Counted from the first letter of the stretch, positions 1 to 9,207 are shown. The stretch is DNA of 64,000 nucleotides from a virus (IMGVR_UViG_3300037852_000046:1-64000); one strand, 5' to 3'. Notes: generated from the sequence alone by a model not told the origin. Numbers and translations: made by a program.

Positions 1-519
1 GAAGGTGAGCGCATGGTTGCCGTGGCCGACTGGATCTCGCCTGTTTCTCCTGCTCAAGCTGTACCGGACATCGTGCGCCTTGTCCGCGCGACTTTCCCGC
101 GTGCGAAGGTGAACACCTGGTTGCCGGCGGACGTGATGGATCAGGCGGACCGCATGCCGCTACTCGCGGCGATGAGGAGTGAGGGTTTGCAGCCGATGAG
201 GGGGGCCTACGCCTCATTATCCCGTGGGGCGCTAAGTCCGATGATCCGCACGGAGATGAAGGGAAAGCGGCTGTTCCTTGTGGATAGCCAGGCGCGGCAT
301 ACTATGAATGCGATAGCCGGAGGCTATGTATTTCCGATGAGCAAAAGCGGCCAGCAAGGTTCAGAGCCGGAACGCGGCCCTCATCGGACCCTGATGGAAG
401 GGGTCGAGAGCGCCGCCTACGTGATATGCTCGCAAAGTGGCAATTCCTTGCCAGATGAGTTACATTCTGCTAGAAATCCGCAAGGTGCAACCTATTTCAC
501 TTCTCTTCCAAGGAGATAG
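1..519 (+). CDS. terL: Terminase large subunit, C-terminal part (5' truncated)
   Basis: Near-identical to the C-terminal 170 aa of the full TerL at 37393-39396. Confidence 0.9.
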   Translation, partial: EGERMVAVADWISPVSPAQAVPDIVRLVRATFPRAKVNTWLPADVMDQADRMPLLAAMRSEGLQPMRGAYASLSRGALSPMIRTEMKGKRLFLVDSQARHTMNAIAGGYVFPMSKSGQQGSEPERGPHRTLMEGVESAAYVICSQSGNSLPDELHSARNPQGATYFTSLPRR

Positions 520-521
520 CC

Positions 522-683
522 ATGGCCGTATCCCGCACAATTCATCCGAAATCCCCGACGCAAAACCCCGTTGCCTTCTACAAGGGCGAGCAGCAGGGCG
601 GCGCGCACGGCAAGCCAACCAGCGTTGGTGAGAAGCTTCAGGGCGGCCCGCAGCGCGAAGTCATGCGCCGCAAGGGGCTGTAA
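522..683 (+). CDS. Small basic peptide, 53 aa (MAVSRTIHPKSPTQNPVAFYKG...RRKGL)
   Basis: AGGAGA RBS; frame conserved in copy B at 39399-39560; below the ORF track cutoff. Confidence 0.75.
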   Translation: MAVSRTIHPKSPTQNPVAFYKGEQQGGAHGKPTSVGEKLQGGPQREVMRRKGL

Positions 684-848
684 GTGGAGGGCAAGAAAGG
701 CCGCATGAACCGGGTGTACACGGCACCCGGTATCAAGGCATCGCCTGAAGCCGTGAAGAAGGGCGGGCGCACGGACGACCCCGGCAAGGGCAAGATGCCG
801 ATGCGCGGCGAGCGTACGTCGACGCACAAAGGCAAGATGGGCGGCTGA
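684..848 (+). CDS. Small Lys/Gly-rich peptide, 54 aa (MEGKKGRMNRVYTAPG...KMGG)
   Basis: GTG directly after the previous stop; conserved at 39562-39723. Confidence 0.7.
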   Translation: MEGKKGRMNRVYTAPGIKASPEAVKKGGRTDDPGKGKMPMRGERTSTHKGKMGG

Positions 849-850
849 CC

Positions 851-988
851 ATGGGCTATCGCGACCATCACAAGAGCGAAGGTAGCCAGGGGAAAGAGCG
901 CGATACGCGCAAGACTCCCGGCAAAGGCGCGAAGCCCCCGCCGATGGGCGCGAAGCGCAAGATCGCACCGAAAAAGAGGCCAGCATGA
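851..988 (+). CDS. Small Lys/Pro-rich peptide, 45 aa (MGYRDHHKSEG...KKRPA)
   Basis: ATGA overlap with the next gene; conserved at 39726-39878. Confidence 0.7.
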   Translation: MGYRDHHKSEGSQGKERDTRKTPGKGAKPPPMGAKRKIAPKKRPA

Positions 989-1200
989 AGGTATCGAAAA
1001 AGGACCGCGCCGGCAACAACGGGCGCAACTGGTCACAGTCGGTAGAACTGCGCGACGGCAAGATGTGGGCGGATTCGAAAACGCCGTTCGGACGCACGTC
1101 TAAGAAGCCGGAAGAGGACGACCGGCCGAAAGCCACGCCGAAAGACCGGAATACGGGAAGCCCCCTGTCACGCAAGCTGGCGGGTAAGGTTATCGGATAA
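985..1200 (+). CDS. Small basic protein, 71 aa
   Basis: Conserved at 39880-40092; stop overlaps the portal start. Confidence 0.8.
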   Translation: MKVSKKDRAGNNGRNWSQSVELRDGKMWADSKTPFGRTSKKPEEDDRPKATPKDRNTGSPLSRKLAGKVIG

Positions 1201-3374
1201 TGGCCCGCAAAAAGAAAGAAGAAAAGCACGAAGACCTGCCCGTCATCGAAACGGTCGATGCACGGGCAATTGACGCTGAACGCACCGGGGAAGAGCTGGA
1301 GAATTTCGCAGAGGATATGTCCTCGGATGCCTATATTGAGGCTTGTAAGTTATACCCTAAAATTCAGCGTTGCTTCGAAAATAAACAACAGCAGTCGGAT
1401 TGGATCGAAGAATATTGGAACGTGTACAATGCGCGCCCTGATGAAAACCAGCAATACACCGGGAACTCCCAGTGCTATATCCCCGCTGTCAGGGATGCCA
1501 TCAACGCTCGTTGTAAGCGGACCCTTGCAACTCTTTTCCCCGCGAATTACAAGCACGTCGACGCTGTCGGCCCTGCCTCAGTCACCCCTTTCCCGACGTT
1601 GGCTTTACTGGAACACTACATCCGTAAGACGAATCTGAAAGATATCGTTCGCGCGGATCTGCTCTCGGGCGATGTCTCCGGCCAGTGGCTGCTTTACATC
1701 GACTGGATGCGCACCACGCGCCGCGTCACCGAACTCGTCAAGAAACCGCCTATCGTCGAGACGATGGCCGGCGACGAAGAGGACATGACGATTGAGGAAG
1801 AGTGGGACATCGAGGAGAAGACGGTCGTCGATGAGATGCCGGATATCACGCCAATGGCGGTTGACGATCTGGCAGTCTACCCGCCCACGGTGAACGATAT
1901 TGAGCGCGCGACAGCTACGGCGATTCGTCTGCGCCTGTCGAAGGAATCGGTGGAGCAGTTTATTGAAGAAGGCGTCTTCGTCGGATGGAACGCGAAAGAG
2001 ATCATGGACAATCTGAACGAGCCAGACGGCGGCCGTCAGAAGCGTGTCCCGAATAAACGCCGCACGGCAGATGCGGGCGTGCGCACCGAGGGCACGTACA
2101 AGTACGCGCTGATTTACGAAGTCCATACGAATCTGGAACTGGAAGAAGGCAAGGGCAAAGAGCCCTGCTTTGTCTACTACGCCGGTCCGGAAGTCATTCT
2201 CGGCATCATCCGTAACCCATTCTGGTCGAAGAAGCGCCCGATCATCACAGCACCCGTCGAACGGATTCAGGGAACGATTTACGGGATCTCGCGCGTCGAA
2301 CCGGTCAAATACCTCCAGTGGAATCTTAACGACTACTGGAATATGGGGCAGGACAGCGCGCAGTATGCGCTTTTGCCTATCGTCATGACCGATCCGTTAG
2401 CCAACCCCAATTACCAGAGCATGGTGATGGGGCTCGCCGCTGTGTGGTTGACGAACCCCCAGACGACCCAGTTCGCGCAGTTTCCGGCCATCTATAAAGA
2501 CGCCGTGGCTTTGTGTCAGGCGATCAAGGCGCAGATCAACGAGAGCATGGAAGTCAACGACGCCATGCTCGGCAAGATGCCGGCGGGCCGGAAGAATCAG
2601 GCACAGGCCGCAGCGCAGGCGCAGGAACAGCAGTCGAACATCATCGACCATGCGAAGCGCTACGAGGGTTGCATCCTGAACCCGTTGCTTGAGCGCATGT
2701 TCGAGCTCGACCGCCAGTTCCGCACGAAGGAACTGACCGTAGTGACGATGGGCGAGGTTGGCGCGCGTGCCAAGCAGGAAGAGATTCCGGTGCAGGCCTT
2801 CTCAGAGCGCTATTTCTTCCGCTGGTGCGGCACGGCCTACCAGACCGGTATGCAGCGCATGCAACAGATGATTGCGTGGATGAACGTGCTTCGCGGCATT
2901 CCCCCGCAGCAGCTGGACGGCAGGCGGCTCAATGTTGGTCCAATCCTGGAGATGGGAACCGAACAGATTTTCGGGCCTGAAGTCGGCCCGCGCATCCTGA
3001 TCGACGAGCGCAACCTGTTTCATGTCGAGCCATCAGACGAGAACCTGATGATGCACAACGGCTTGCCGGCGGAAGTGCATCCGGCGGACGACGATCAGCG
3101 GCACATCGCGGAGCATATGCGCGGTGCGACGCTGACCGGCGATCCGGTCGGCCTGTTCCGCGCGCACATCCAGCAGCATCAGCAGGCCATGAATCAGAAG
3201 ATGCAAAAGGCGCTTGGTCCTCCGCAAGGGCAGCAAGGCGTACCGGGCGGCGCAGGGCCAGGCGTGGCAGGTACTCCGCGCCCCGGCGCGCAACCGGGCC
3301 AGCCTCGCCCGCAAGGGCCCGCCGGAATGATTCATCCGGACACGGTTCAGGATGCACAAATGGGGCCTCGCTAA
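1200..3374 (+). CDS. Portal protein (podovirus type)
   Basis: 724 aa after TerL; Q/P/G-rich C-terminal tail typical of P22/N4-like portals. Confidence 0.85.
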   Translation: MARKKKEEKHEDLPVIETVDARAIDAERTGEELENFAEDMSSDAYIEACKLYPKIQRCFENKQQQSDWIEEYWNVYNARPDENQQYTGNSQCYIPAVRDAINARCKRTLATLFPANYKHVDAVGPASVTPFPTLALLEHYIRKTNLKDIVRADLLSGDVSGQWLLYIDWMRTTRRVTELVKKPPIVETMAGDEEDMTIEEEWDIEEKTVVDEMPDITPMAVDDLAVYPPTVNDIERATATAIRLRLSKESVEQFIEEGVFVGWNAKEIMDNLNEPDGGRQKRVPNKRRTADAGVRTEGTYKYALIYEVHTNLELEEGKGKEPCFVYYAGPEVILGIIRNPFWSKKRPIITAPVERIQGTIYGISRVEPVKYLQWNLNDYWNMGQDSAQYALLPIVMTDPLANPNYQSMVMGLAAVWLTNPQTTQFAQFPAIYKDAVALCQAIKAQINESMEVNDAMLGKMPAGRKNQAQAAAQAQEQQSNIIDHAKRYEGCILNPLLERMFELDRQFRTKELTVVTMGEVGARAKQEEIPVQAFSERYFFRWCGTAYQTGMQRMQQMIAWMNVLRGIPPQQLDGRRLNVGPILEMGTEQIFGPEVGPRILIDERNLFHVEPSDENLMMHNGLPAEVHPADDDQRHIAEHMRGATLTGDPVGLFRAHIQQHQQAMNQKMQKALGPPQGQQGVPGGAGPGVAGTPRPGAQPGQPRPQGPAGMIHPDTVQDAQMGPR

Positions 3375-3703
3375 TGATTGCGCGATCGACGCTATGGGGC
3401 ACTATCCAGTTCGGTGATGAGTTTTACAGGCTCACCGAACTGGAGCAGTGCGCCATCGTCGCGCACGAACAGGGCCATATCCATCACCGGCACACGTGGA
3501 AGCGCCTCGCGCGGCTCGTGACTTTCCGATGGAAGGGTTTCTTCGAGTTCTGCGAAGCGCAGGAACTGGAAGCGGATCGGTACGCCGCGGAACGCGGACA
3601 CGCGGCCGGCCTGATCTCTTTCCTGTTTCGCAGTAACCTGCATGTAAAATCCGCTGGATATCCGACGCATAAACAGCGCATAGAGGCTATCCATGTCCGA
3701 TGA
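3374..3703 (+). CDS. Minimal M48/M56-like zinc metallopeptidase
   Basis: AHEQGH (HExxH) plus downstream QELEADRYA (ExxAD); conserved in copy B. Confidence 0.75.
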   Translation: MIARSTLWGTIQFGDEFYRLTELEQCAIVAHEQGHIHHRHTWKRLARLVTFRWKGFFEFCEAQELEADRYAAERGHAAGLISFLFRSNLHVKSAGYPTHKQRIEAIHVR

Positions 3704-5552
3704 ATTCCGCATCATCCCCTACGTTGTGCGCTCGGCAGGCACCGATGTGCCTCCGGAAGAAGTGCAGGCCGCGATCAACTCGCTCGCGCAGCAGACCACG
3801 GTTGACCTGAACATTCTCGCCAGCCAGGCGCAAAGCCCGACTGGGCCGGCAGGCGGCGATCTCGGCGGCACCTATCCGAACCCAACTGTGGTAGGTCTGC
3901 ACGTAACGACCGGTACGGAAAGCGGTGTCACGGTTACTGGAAATACAATCAATAGTTCACCGATCGGCCAGACTACGCCGGCCGCCGGGGCTTTCACGAC
4001 GTTGACCGCGACCACGCCAATTGGCGCGGCAAGCGGCGGCACGGGCCAGAATACGTTAAGCGCGCACAATGTCCTGCTAGGTGAAGGTACAGGCGCGGTA
4101 GGCTTCGCGGCTCCGGGCGTCACTGCTCAACCCCTTGTTTCGAACGGTTCAGGCGTTGATCCTTCTTTTCAAACCCTGGGTGTAGCCGGAGGGGGGACCG
4201 GTCAGGCGTCGTTACTTTCGCATGGCGTTTTGATAGGCGAAGGAACAGGAGCCATTCATTCAACTGCCGGAACGACCGGGCAGATGCTGCTTGGCGTGAC
4301 CGGAGCGGATCCGGCTTTCGGAAACAATCCGACGATTACCGGCGGCACAATCGACAATGCGCCTATCGGAGGCACAACACCGGCTTCTGCTAAAGTTACA
4401 AGTCTGATCATCCCCAGCACAGGCACGGGCGTAAGCCAGACCTTCATAGGCTCCGGCGGCGCGGCGCTGATGTGGGAAAATCAGACAGCAGTAGCGGCGA
4501 ACGCCACCACTCCCGAAATCGGTGCGCAGTTCACCATAAATTCCAACGTTGGAACGGCCAACAAGACAACGGCGTACAAGATAGGTTTGACCTCTTCCGC
4601 CATCGGAGGAGCGAATTCTGCCAACGTCTACGGGCTCAACACTATTACGCAGGGTTTCGGCGGAACGTATCTGGTAACGGGTATCGAAAGCGATGTCAAC
4701 AATGTCGGCGCGGACTCCATAACCCTCGGGGGTTCGGCGGCGGTGTACGGACTGGTTGCGGTCGCCGCCGGAAGTTTCAAGTCAACCGCCGGCCTGTGGT
4801 TGACGAACGGGGGCTCTTCCGGCTCATGGACGTACGGATGCGCTGTATCGCAGGCGAACGTCGCAGCGTACTACGAAGCCAGCACGGCAACCGCCGGCCT
4901 GAACATCGCAGGCACGCATACCGCCGGGATAGACATGACCGCCGGCACGATGACGCATCTTATGACGTTGCCGAATAACGTCGATATCGCGCAAAAGGAT
5001 AGCGGCGGAACGCTCAGAACCCTGATCTATACTGACAACACGAACAACGTCCACTTAGGCGATCCCGCCCTGAGTTCCGTAACTTCAGAAACAAATTTCA
5101 TATCTGTTGGTTCGGTAACGCCTTCGCAGACCGGCGGCATCGTTGGCACCACTACAAACAACAATGCGAACACGGGCAGCGTGGGCGAGTATGTAACCAA
5201 CACGACGACCGGAACATCCCTCGCTACAGGTACTACCGCAAATGCAACCAGTGTTTCACTGACTGCCGGCGACTGGGACGTTACAGGTGTCGTTCGTTTT
5301 AACCCGGCGGGGACTACCACAGTAAGCAATGAATACGCAGGAATCAGTACAACATCAGCTACGCTCGGCATATTGGGCACCTTTGTACAGGATTCCGGCC
5401 CGCTCAATACCGGGTCGCAGATGTACACCACATGCCCCGTCGTGAGAGTCAGCATCGCGGCGACTACGACTGTGTACGCTGTGGCGCAGGCCACGTTCGG
5501 TACGAGTACGATGTCTTGTGATGGTTTTATCCGGGCGCGTCGTGTCCGTTGA
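3693..5552 (+). CDS. Gly/Thr-rich virion fibre protein (variable)
   Basis: GGDLGGTYPNP motif and repeated GGTGQxxLxxHxVLxGEGTGA units; mosaic relative to 43109-44893. Confidence 0.7.
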   Translation: MSDEFRIIPYVVRSAGTDVPPEEVQAAINSLAQQTTVDLNILASQAQSPTGPAGGDLGGTYPNPTVVGLHVTTGTESGVTVTGNTINSSPIGQTTPAAGAFTTLTATTPIGAASGGTGQNTLSAHNVLLGEGTGAVGFAAPGVTAQPLVSNGSGVDPSFQTLGVAGGGTGQASLLSHGVLIGEGTGAIHSTAGTTGQMLLGVTGADPAFGNNPTITGGTIDNAPIGGTTPASAKVTSLIIPSTGTGVSQTFIGSGGAALMWENQTAVAANATTPEIGAQFTINSNVGTANKTTAYKIGLTSSAIGGANSANVYGLNTITQGFGGTYLVTGIESDVNNVGADSITLGGSAAVYGLVAVAAGSFKSTAGLWLTNGGSSGSWTYGCAVSQANVAAYYEASTATAGLNIAGTHTAGIDMTAGTMTHLMTLPNNVDIAQKDSGGTLRTLIYTDNTNNVHLGDPALSSVTSETNFISVGSVTPSQTGGIVGTTTNNNANTGSVGEYVTNTTTGTSLATGTTANATSVSLTAGDWDVTGVVRFNPAGTTTVSNEYAGISTTSATLGILGTFVQDSGPLNTGSQMYTTCPVVRVSIAATTTVYAVAQATFGTSTMSCDGFIRARRVR

Positions 5553-5577
5553 CTTTTCTGTAACAATCGCATATAAC
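5549..5577 (+). promoter_or_regulatory. Sigma70-type promoter for the head genes
   Basis: TTGACT-17 bp-TATAAC; conserved at 44890-44918 although the upstream gene differs. Confidence 0.75.
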
Positions 5578-5604
5578 CGGCGAAAGCCTACACAGGAGCT
5601 TATC

Positions 5605-6129
5605 GTGCGAAAACTCAGCAAATTGACCGCGATGATTCGCGCGTTGTTTCCCGGCGTTCAGGGGCAAACTCCCGTCATTTCTCCGATGCTCGGCGCACTG
5701 GCGGATCAAACCGGCATTATCAATTCGATTCTGTCCATCAACCCGTGGCAAGCTGCTATCTACAACGCAGCCTCGAACACGACGGGCTTCACGGCTACCC
5801 AGTCGCAGATCATGGGTGCGGAAACAACCGTACTGAACCTGACGGGCACGCTCGGCGCGGGCGCTGCACTTACGCTCCCTACGGCGGCCGTGATGCAGGC
5901 GACGATGACCCCGCAGCAGGCAGTAGTCGGGTCAACTACTACGCTTCGCGTAATCAATAGCTCGGGCGGTGCTTTCTCCTGGACAGTTACTACGGCCACT
6001 GGATGGACGCTTAACGGAACCATGACGGTAGCGCAAAATACCTGGCGCGATTTCATCGTGACGATCACGGCTGTCGGGGCTACGCCGACGATGACGCTTC
6101 AGGCGATCGGCACTGGCACGCAATCGTAA
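5605..6129 (+). CDS. Putative head decoration/minor capsid protein with LFPG leader
   Basis: CAGGAG RBS, GTG start; Thr-rich beta-type protein upstream of scaffold and MCP. Confidence 0.65.
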   Translation: MRKLSKLTAMIRALFPGVQGQTPVISPMLGALADQTGIINSILSINPWQAAIYNAASNTTGFTATQSQIMGAETTVLNLTGTLGAGAALTLPTAAVMQATMTPQQAVVGSTTTLRVINSSGGAFSWTVTTATGWTLNGTMTVAQNTWRDFIVTITAVGATPTMTLQAIGTGTQS

Positions 6130-6138
6130 GGAATGACA

Positions 6139-6864
6139 ATGAACAAGCTGCTTAAAAAGCTGCTCGGCCTTCTTTTCCCGGGGATTGACGGCGATGATAC
6201 TGATGTTGATCCTCCTGAACTTCCTGAGTCACCTGATCCCGATGGTGATGATCCTGATCTTGATCTTGACCTTGATCTGCCTGACGATACTCCTGCACGC
6301 GCCGCCCCGCGCCGTGACGATTCTGGTGAGCGCCTGGCTCGGCTGGAAGCTGAAGTCTCGGCAGCGAAGCGTTATGCGGATGAAGTCAAATCTCGCCAGC
6401 CCGCTCCGGTAGACAGCGAGTTCCAGCGGGAAGAGGAAAAGCTTCGCAATCCGGAAACGACGGAACTGGAGCGCTGGCAGATCCAGTCAAATCGCACTCT
6501 ACGGGAAGCGAAAGCCGAAGCGCGCCAGGCGAGGCTTGAAGCGGCCGACATGATCGACCGCACGCGGTTCGAGTCGAAGAATTCGACCGACCCGCGCCGC
6601 GCGAAGTATGCGGAGCGCGTGGAAGAGGCGATCCAGCAGGAGCGTGCGCAGGGGCGCAACGCGTCGCGCGAGGCTGTCTACTTCTACATGCTTGGCAAGG
6701 ATATCGCAGAGGGCAAGCTCAAAGCGAAGGCGAAACCGGCATCGAAAACGCCGGACGTGCCGCGCGGCAGGTCTCCGGGGGTTCGGAGCGACGTTCAGGG
6801 CCGGGGCAGGCCCACGACTGATAAAGACAAGCTTCGTGCTCGTCTCGAAAATCAGAATATTTAA
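6139..6864 (+). CDS. Putative scaffolding protein with LFPG leader
   Basis: Acidic disordered N-region, coiled coil and basic C-terminus; directly upstream of MCP. Confidence 0.75.
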   Translation: MNKLLKKLLGLLFPGIDGDDTDVDPPELPESPDPDGDDPDLDLDLDLPDDTPARAAPRRDDSGERLARLEAEVSAAKRYADEVKSRQPAPVDSEFQREEEKLRNPETTELERWQIQSNRTLREAKAEARQARLEAADMIDRTRFESKNSTDPRRAKYAERVEEAIQQERAQGRNASREAVYFYMLGKDIAEGKLKAKAKPASKTPDVPRGRSPGVRSDVQGRGRPTTDKDKLRARLENQNI

Positions 6865-6879
6865 CCACGAGAGGAAACC

Positions 6880-8301
6880 ATGTCCTACCTCAAGAAACTG
6901 GGCCTCATGTGGGCCTCGCTGTTCCCCGGCGTGACAAACCAGTCAACCAGTTTTACGGCTGACGTTGAAGCATACATTCAGGAAGAAGTCGAGCCACTGG
7001 CCCGCCGGCAACTGGTCGCATACCAGTTCGGCAAGCCGCTCAAGCTCGATACGAATCGCGGCACGACCTACACGGCTTCGCGCTACCAGCGTCTTCCGCT
7101 GCCGTTCGCGCCGTTGCAGGAAGGCGTCGCGCCCCCCGGCGAGGCGATGGCGCTGCAACAGGTCTCGGCGACCGCGCAGCAATGGGGCGATCGCGTCATC
7201 ATCACCGACGTGGCGAACCTGACCATCAAGCACCCGCTCTTCCAGCAGGCCTGCGAACTGGTCGCGCTTCAGCTTCCGGAAACGCTCGAACGCAACACGA
7301 TGAATACGCTGATGGCGGCCACGCAGGTGAACTTCGCCAACGGCAAAACGTCGCGCGCCAACCTGCTCGCCACCGATGTCATGACGCCGCACGAGAACAA
7401 CCGCATTGTCGGAACGTTCCTGACCTATGGCGTTCCGCGCTTCATGGGCGACGAGCGGGAAGACATGATGATCGAGGCGGGCGCGTATCGCGATCCATCG
7501 AAGTCGCCGGCCGTGATGCAGCACTACATCGGCCTGATTCACCCGCTGTCGGCGCAGGATATGCGCGAGAACACGACCGTGGCCAATGCCTGGTCGTACA
7601 GCGACATCAACCGCCTGTACAACAACGAACTCGGCCCGTTTGGCGGCACGCGCTTTGTCGAATCGAACATGATTCCGTTCTTCACGGGCGTGGCTGCGAT
7701 CCAGGGCACGGCTTCGGCTTCGGGCGGCACGCTCGCGACGAACGCCGGTTACCAGATCATCGTAACCGCTTCGCCGGCGCAGACTTCGGTTGAACAGCAG
7801 ATCTACCAGGTGTCGAATGCGATCTCGGTTACTGGCCCGACTGGTTCTATCAGCGTTGTCCTGCCCCAACTGGCCGGCTACGTGTTCAACATCTACATCG
7901 GCACGTCGGCCACGCCGTCCAACCTTGCAACCGCAATCGGTCTCGGCGTTCCGGCTACCGGCCCCCTGGCCGGCCAGGCAACGCAGCTTCTGCCGAACCA
8001 AACTGTCACCCTGACAGGCATCGGCGTCGCGCAAACGCCGCCGGCCGCTCCGGCCACGGGCGTTTCAGTATTCCCGACGATATACATCGGCAATCACTCG
8101 TACGGTCAGGTGCTGCTCGAAAACCCCGAGTTTCACTATCTGACGGGCCCTGACAAGTCAGATCCGCTGAATCAGACGCGCGTGGTAAGCTGGAAAGTGT
8201 TCTACGGCTCGATCATCCTCAACCAGGCGTTTTTGGCTCGCGTTGAAGCCGGTTCTGCCTTCAGCACGACGTTCTCCGCCGGCACTGTGACAACCCCGTA
8301 A
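6880..8301 (+). CDS. Major capsid protein, N4-gp56-like, with an internal beta-rich insertion
   Basis: LQEGVAPPG, QWGDRVIITD, KSDPLNQTRVVSWK motifs; nearly identical in copy B. Confidence 0.9.
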   Translation: MSYLKKLGLMWASLFPGVTNQSTSFTADVEAYIQEEVEPLARRQLVAYQFGKPLKLDTNRGTTYTASRYQRLPLPFAPLQEGVAPPGEAMALQQVSATAQQWGDRVIITDVANLTIKHPLFQQACELVALQLPETLERNTMNTLMAATQVNFANGKTSRANLLATDVMTPHENNRIVGTFLTYGVPRFMGDEREDMMIEAGAYRDPSKSPAVMQHYIGLIHPLSAQDMRENTTVANAWSYSDINRLYNNELGPFGGTRFVESNMIPFFTGVAAIQGTASASGGTLATNAGYQIIVTASPAQTSVEQQIYQVSNAISVTGPTGSISVVLPQLAGYVFNIYIGTSATPSNLATAIGLGVPATGPLAGQATQLLPNQTVTLTGIGVAQTPPAAPATGVSVFPTIYIGNHSYGQVLLENPEFHYLTGPDKSDPLNQTRVVSWKVFYGSIILNQAFLARVEAGSAFSTTFSAGTVTTP

Positions 8302-8313
8302 TCAGGAGCGTAA

Positions 8314-8808
8314 ATGCCCCCGCGTACCCCTAACACCCCGCCCGATGGCGGGGTTTTTGAAGACAACGACGAACCGATTGAACAACCGGCAAAGGTTGAA
8401 TCGCCGGATGATCTGAAAGCGCGCATCAAGGCGCTTGAGGCTCAACTCGCGCGCTCGCAGGCCGGAAAGGCAATCGCGGAGGAAGAATCCGCGCGCCTTT
8501 CCGCGCAGGCTCAATCCTCGATGTTCACGACGAACGTTACCGAACGGTTCTCCCGCAAGACGGAAGCCGGGAAGGATCTGTGGTGGTATCGTATTGACCT
8601 CGCGCCGTGCGGCGGAACGGAAGTCAAGATCAACGGCGTCCCGTACTACCACGGTTCAACTTACGAGTTCGAGACGGATCTTCTGCGCTCCATCAAGGAA
8701 ATCGTGGCGCGCACGTGGGATCACGAGAACAACATCCAGGGCAGCAACGAGAACGTCTACAAGGTCGCGCAGGAGCGCATCCTTCGCGGCGGCGAACGTC
8801 GGCGATAA
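8314..8808 (+). CDS. Conserved hypothetical virion-module protein
   Basis: CAGGAG RBS; nearly identical in copy B. Confidence 0.8.
   Translation: MPPRTPNTPPDGGVFEDNDEPIEQPAKVESPDDLKARIKALEAQLARSQAGKAIAEEESARLSAQAQSSMFTTNVTERFSRKTEAGKDLWWYRIDLAPCGGTEVKINGVPYYHGSTYEFETDLLRSIKEIVARTWDHENNIQGSNENVYKVAQERILRGGERRR
8336..8358 (+). terminator. Intrinsic terminator after MCP, lying inside the next ORF
   Basis: CCCCGCC-CGAT-GGCGGGG-TTTTT; identical at 47668-47690. Confidence 0.75.
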
Positions 8809-8817
8809 GAGGAAACA

Positions 8818-9207
8818 ATGAGCGAAGAAAAGATTGCGGTAGTGGTCGGTAACTTCCAGATCAACATGCCGGCACCGAACGGCGCTTCACTGTCGATCAG
8901 CGAATACATTCGAGAGGGGGAAACGCTGGACGAACTGAATGAACGCGTGGACGTGGCTCGTGAGGTTTTGGTACGCCAGCAACAGGCCCTGGAAATTCCG
9001 GTTCTTGAAGAGCGGATGGGGCAACTTGAACGTACGCGCGTCCAGATCATGGAAGCGTACGCGGATCTGCTCGAAAAGCAGAAGCGCAAGACGCTCCCAA
9101 GCGCTGAAATGTCGCACCTGAAAAATTACCCAACTCAACTCAAGCACATTGAAGAAGAGATCGAGAAGGGCAAAGCGAAAATCGCCGTCGTGAAAAAGGT
9201 CGCGTAA
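8818..9207 (+). CDS. Hypothetical coiled-coil protein
   Basis: GAGGAAA RBS; diverged homolog at 48149-48532. Confidence 0.75.
   Translation: MSEEKIAVVVGNFQINMPAPNGASLSISEYIREGETLDELNERVDVAREVLVRQQQALEIPVLEERMGQLERTRVQIMEAYADLLEKQKRKTLPSAEMSHLKNYPTQLKHIEEEIEKGKAKIAVVKKVA

Noticed and set aside
1525-1550. Internal LFPA in the portal (and LFPS in ejection protein 3 of copy B) as further leader sites
   Set aside because: Internal, lack the following V/I and the N-terminal K/L helix; likely chance.
3693-5552. Diversity-generating retroelement behind the fibre variation
   Set aside because: No reverse transcriptase and no adenine-specific TR/VR pair; variation is by domain swap.
8299-8316. Read-through fusion of MCP to the in-frame downstream ORF
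   Set aside because: Two TAA stops intervene, and the downstream ORF has its own RBS.
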